This document shows, piece by piece, positions 60,811 to 64,000 of a DNA stretch of 64,000 nt; within the stretch, counting starts at the first letter, position 1, and every line of letters starts with the position of its first letter. Origin of the DNA: Candidatus Freyarchaeum deiterrae. Its GTDB lineage: Archaea; Asgardarchaeota; Jordiarchaeia; Jordiarchaeales; Jordiarchaeaceae. Where the stretch lies: NCBI GenBank assembly GCA_037305845.1, contig CP147778.1, positions 1,120,001 through 1,184,000 on the forward strand. The letters run 5' to 3'. The notes beneath the pieces were generated by a model. That model searched no databases, was not told the DNA's origin, and worked only from the letters and a program-made list of their open reading frames with translations. Made by a program: the position numbers and the translations under genes.

Positions 60811-61425
60811 TTGATACATGGCATATACATTATCGAAGCCTCTAGTGGCATGTGTCTCATTTCCCGAAGTTATGGGGATGTGGCATTAGATGAGGGACTT
60901 GTTGGTGGGTTTCTAACGGCGTTACAGCAATTCTCATCGGAATTCTCTTCTCAGAAAGGCCAACCATCAATCCTCCGTGAAGTAGAGATGAAAGGGTACA
61001 CAATAGTGTACGAAAGACAGGAAAACACAATGGTTGCCGCAAGTGCTGATATAAGCGATGACGAGAAGGTTCTCCGCGATTCACTCGGCAGAATGATTAA
61101 TATTTTTAATCAGAGATTTGGTTCTTATCTCAAAGATTGGCGCGGTGATACCAAACTCTTCAAGGAATTTCTGCCTGAAATTGACAAATTAACCCTGGAT
61201 GGCAAGATTGCTGAGCTTGCAGTTCCTAAACCACTTCTTAAAAAGAAAATCCCAAAGGCCGCCGCTAAGATGGGGATGTTTTTGGATGAGGATAGTTTAA
61301 AGGTAGCTAACCTATGTGATGGAGCGAAATCCAAAGAAGAAATAGCCGAGGAAACTGGGTTTACTGTAGAAAAAGTGGGGGAAGTATTGGAAAAACTCGA
61401 AAAAATGGGTTTAATTGAAATGTAA
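60811..61425 (+). CDS. Longin-like domain plus C-terminal winged HTH
   Basis: IYII..SSG.CL..R.Y....DE.LVGGFLTALQQFS.E; F...ID; CDG.KS.EEIA. Confidence 0.75.
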   Translation: MIHGIYIIEASSGMCLISRSYGDVALDEGLVGGFLTALQQFSSEFSSQKGQPSILREVEMKGYTIVYERQENTMVAASADISDDEKVLRDSLGRMINIFNQRFGSYLKDWRGDTKLFKEFLPEIDKLTLDGKIAELAVPKPLLKKKIPKAAAKMGMFLDEDSLKVANLCDGAKSKEEIAEETGFTVEKVGEVLEKLEKMGLIEM

Positions 61426-61456
61426 CAACGAAACGCCTTTACTTTTCGAGTCTACT

Positions 61457-62344
61457 CTACTTCTTCTCTACTTCTTCATAGCGTATTCCATAGTATATCA
61501 GTACTAATGCGATCATTGCAAGTGCAGGTGCTAATATTGTTGATATGACTTCGGGTAAATATGTTTTGATTAGTGTTGCCTGAATCACTCTGCCAACATA
61601 GTAAATTGTGAAACCGAATCCTAAGAGAAGACCTCTTTTTCTTATGGTTCCTATTCCCTGCCAAGCCACGTAGAAGAATATTAACGGGACCGTAATCGCG
61701 TATATTGCAGCTAAACCATAATTCATTACAATGTATGCCCATCCACTCGGTTGATAGATAAAACCCAGAAGTGTAGGAAACTCGTAATTTAAGAAGGTTA
61801 TAAGTGGTTGTTGTGTAAAAATGAACTCCGGCGCAAAATAGTTTATTTGTCCTATTCCAAAGGAGAATAATAGATCTTCGGGTAATAAAATTATGACAAA
61901 CGCGGCTAATAGGGGTATTACTGGTACAATCCTTCGTAGAGTCTTATTATCTATAAGAGTTATACTTATACCCACTGTAAGCCAGCCTAGTGCTATCCAC
62001 TCCCAAAATGAGCCTAGACGCCAGTACAAGGGATTAATCCAAACTATCCATGGTAGTGGTACGCCCCAGTACATTGGATTAATCAGAGCATATAGAAGTG
62101 GGGAATCCGTGCTAATTGGGAATATTTCTGGAACTAAGAAGAAATCGTTAAACATGAAGAAGCCTCTGCCAACAGTTAGACAGAGGAAGAATACACCTAG
62201 ACAAAGCAAGAATATGTTTTTCGTCTGTCGCCACTTGAAGAAGTATAAGTAAACAAAGATCAAAAGATAAAAGCCAATAGTAGCAAACCATAATCCTAAA
62301 CCTATAGCATCCGTTGCATACGAACTTGGAATCATGATTAACAC
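61457..62344 (-). CDS. Multi-pass (about 7 TM) membrane protein
   Basis: Seven hydrophobic segments. Confidence 0.7.
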   Translation of the reverse strand: MLIMIPSSYATDAIGLGLWFATIGFYLLIFVYLYFFKWRQTKNIFLLCLGVFFLCLTVGRGFFMFNDFFLVPEIFPISTDSPLLYALINPMYWGVPLPWIVWINPLYWRLGSFWEWIALGWLTVGISITLIDNKTLRRIVPVIPLLAAFVIILLPEDLLFSFGIGQINYFAPEFIFTQQPLITFLNYEFPTLLGFIYQPSGWAYIVMNYGLAAIYAITVPLIFFYVAWQGIGTIRKRGLLLGFGFTIYYVGRVIQATLIKTYLPEVISTILAPALAMIALVLIYYGIRYEEVEKK

Positions 62345-62480
62345 CTAAAATTGATTTTTAACGTATATATCTCTATTTTCTACAATTTAAATTTAAGCTA
62401 TGCGAAATACCCATAAAGGCGTATAATTTCGAAGAATATGGTAGGAAGCTTTTACAATATTTAAATATAAAGCATGTAAA

Positions 62481-62513
62481 ATCAACTACCCACAACTGAA
62501 GCTTGTGGGATTG
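62481..62513 (+). mobile_element. IS200/IS605-type end hairpin relic
   Basis: ATCAACTACCCACAACTGAAGCTTGTGGGATTG resembles the GTCAACTACCC..CTAAAG..GGG.TTG ends of IS605/IscB elements. Confidence 0.5.
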
Positions 62514-62615
62514 AAGGTGAATCGTCATGCTTGAAACGTTGCATTTTTGCTGCTTCCAAAGTCACCCCAATACATTCTAGAAATTTCATTTTACAGGTAT
62601 ATCTGAGGTGGTTTT

Positions 62616-63440
62616 ATGAAGTTGGGTTTCGCGTCTGGTTGTTTTTTGGAAAGACGGAAAGAATTTGTTATTCCCCACCAAATTCCCCCAAGTTTGGAGT
62701 CTTTTCCAGTTGAACTTCAGGTGGGCAGAGGCTACAATTATTCTGACTTCGACAATATAGTTTCAATCCATCTGCCGTTTACACTTTATGAAACATCAAA
62801 AGTTGAGGGAGTAACCGTATACAAGAAATCGAAAGAGATAAACATAGCATCGCTAAACGAAGATTTTTGGAAATATGAACTTGAACTTTTTAAGAGATAC
62901 CTCACTGAGGCTTCAAATAAAAGGATAAAAAATGCTATATTCCACTATGGCAGTTGTAATTGCGCGAGTCGCCTTTGGCGTGATGAAAATCATAGAAGGC
63001 TTCATTGGAATAGAGAAAAAGAGTTTCTGGTTGAAATGTCCGAACTCGCTTCGAATGAAGGAATCGAGTTATTAGCAGAGAATCATCCCTACGGCGACGG
63101 AATTTTTCTAAACCATGTTAAACATATAGCAGAAATAGTTGATGGAGGCTTCGCAGGATTTTGTTTGGATTTTCCTCATGCATATTATCGGTTTAAAAGG
63201 TTTAACAATGCTAGTTTGGATGAAATCATAACTAGATTCAGGGAAAGCATCCGGGAAGTACACTTGGCTGATGGTAATGGATCAAGTCATAATCCTCTAG
63301 CGCTTGATAAAGGAAGCATTGATTGGAGAAAACTACTCTCTCTACTCCCAAAGTCTTTGCTGGTGATTATTGAGTTGAGAGAAAACCCTTCAGAAGCACT
63401 AAAACGGGTTCAAGAGTTTTACAATAGTGTTTTGGGATAA
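62616..63440 (+). CDS. Xylose isomerase-like / AP-endonuclease-2 TIM barrel protein
   Basis: SIHLP, AEN, LDFPH, VHLAD, H..L..GSIDW, IIE. Confidence 0.85.
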   Translation: MKLGFASGCFLERRKEFVIPHQIPPSLESFPVELQVGRGYNYSDFDNIVSIHLPFTLYETSKVEGVTVYKKSKEINIASLNEDFWKYELELFKRYLTEASNKRIKNAIFHYGSCNCASRLWRDENHRRLHWNREKEFLVEMSELASNEGIELLAENHPYGDGIFLNHVKHIAEIVDGGFAGFCLDFPHAYYRFKRFNNASLDEIITRFRESIREVHLADGNGSSHNPLALDKGSIDWRKLLSLLPKSLLVIIELRENPSEALKRVQEFYNSVLG

Positions 63441-63529
63441 TTAGTATGTGATTGATTCTGGCAATACAAAAGGTATTAAAAATATGAAAGGCATTATTCA
63501 TGTTATAATTTAGAAATGGAGGGTTAATA

Positions 63530-64000
63530 ATGGAATTGGAGATAACACTATTTGAAAAGGCAGGAACGCAAAACACGGAAGAAACCTTGAAGATTGCACA
63601 AAAATTTGCAGAGAATAACGATATAACGGATATAGTTATAGCTAGCAGCGCAGGAGAAACTGGAATTAAAGCGTCAAAAATTTTCGATTTAAGCAAAACT
63701 AATATAGTAATAGTTACACATGCTTGTGGTTTCTTGAAACCGGGATACCAAGAAATGCCTGAAGAGAATAGAAAAAGGTTAACTGATATGGGAATAAAGG
63801 TGCTCACAGTAGGTCATGCACTGTCTGGGGCAGAAAGAACATTCAGAAAGAGTTTGAACATATGGCTACCAGTCGAACTCCTTGCCCAATTCCTAAGGTC
63901 AACCATGGGTAACGGATTTAAAGTGTGCATTGAAATATCCGCTATGGCTGCTGATGCCGGACTTATCCCAGAAGACAAGGACATTATCGCAATTGGGGGA
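63530..64000 (+). CDS. Pyruvate-kinase C-terminal-like protein (MTH1675 family), truncated by window end
   Basis: FEKAG.QNTEETL, IASSAGETG, VTH..GF..PG, HALSG.ER, KVCIEI..MAADAG. Confidence 0.85.
   Translation, partial: MELEITLFEKAGTQNTEETLKIAQKFAENNDITDIVIASSAGETGIKASKIFDLSKTNIVIVTHACGFLKPGYQEMPEENRKRLTDMGIKVLTVGHALSGAERTFRKSLNIWLPVELLAQFLRSTMGNGFKVCIEISAMAADAGLIPEDKDIIAIGG

Overview
AT-rich archaeal chromosome segment, very probably from an Asgard archaeon. This is inferred from roadblock, longin-like, small GTPase, Yip1 and E2F/DP-like proteins, archaeal S17e/S25e/Alba, and selenocysteine use. It carries tldD/tldE, a glycosyltransferase patch, an Mvh/Vhu hydrogenase-heterodisulfide reductase region (mvhD-G-A-vhuU, hdrA, hdrCB), a clustered archaeal-type mevalonate pathway with a prenyl diphosphate synthase, and a few mobile-element relics. 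Main result: three protein-coding genes (alba, mvhD, hdrC) are each interrupted inside a conserved motif by a 30-39 nt insertion. Each insertion folds into a bulge-helix-bulge (BHB) substrate of the archaeal splicing endonuclease, and cutting at the standard BHB positions exactly restores the frame and motif. This points to a system of tRNA-type mRNA micro-introns. The ORF track also misses a selenocysteine-containing VhuU peptide with a 3' SECIS-like hairpin, and a CTG-initiated S17e. No rRNA, tRNA or CRISPR array was seen.
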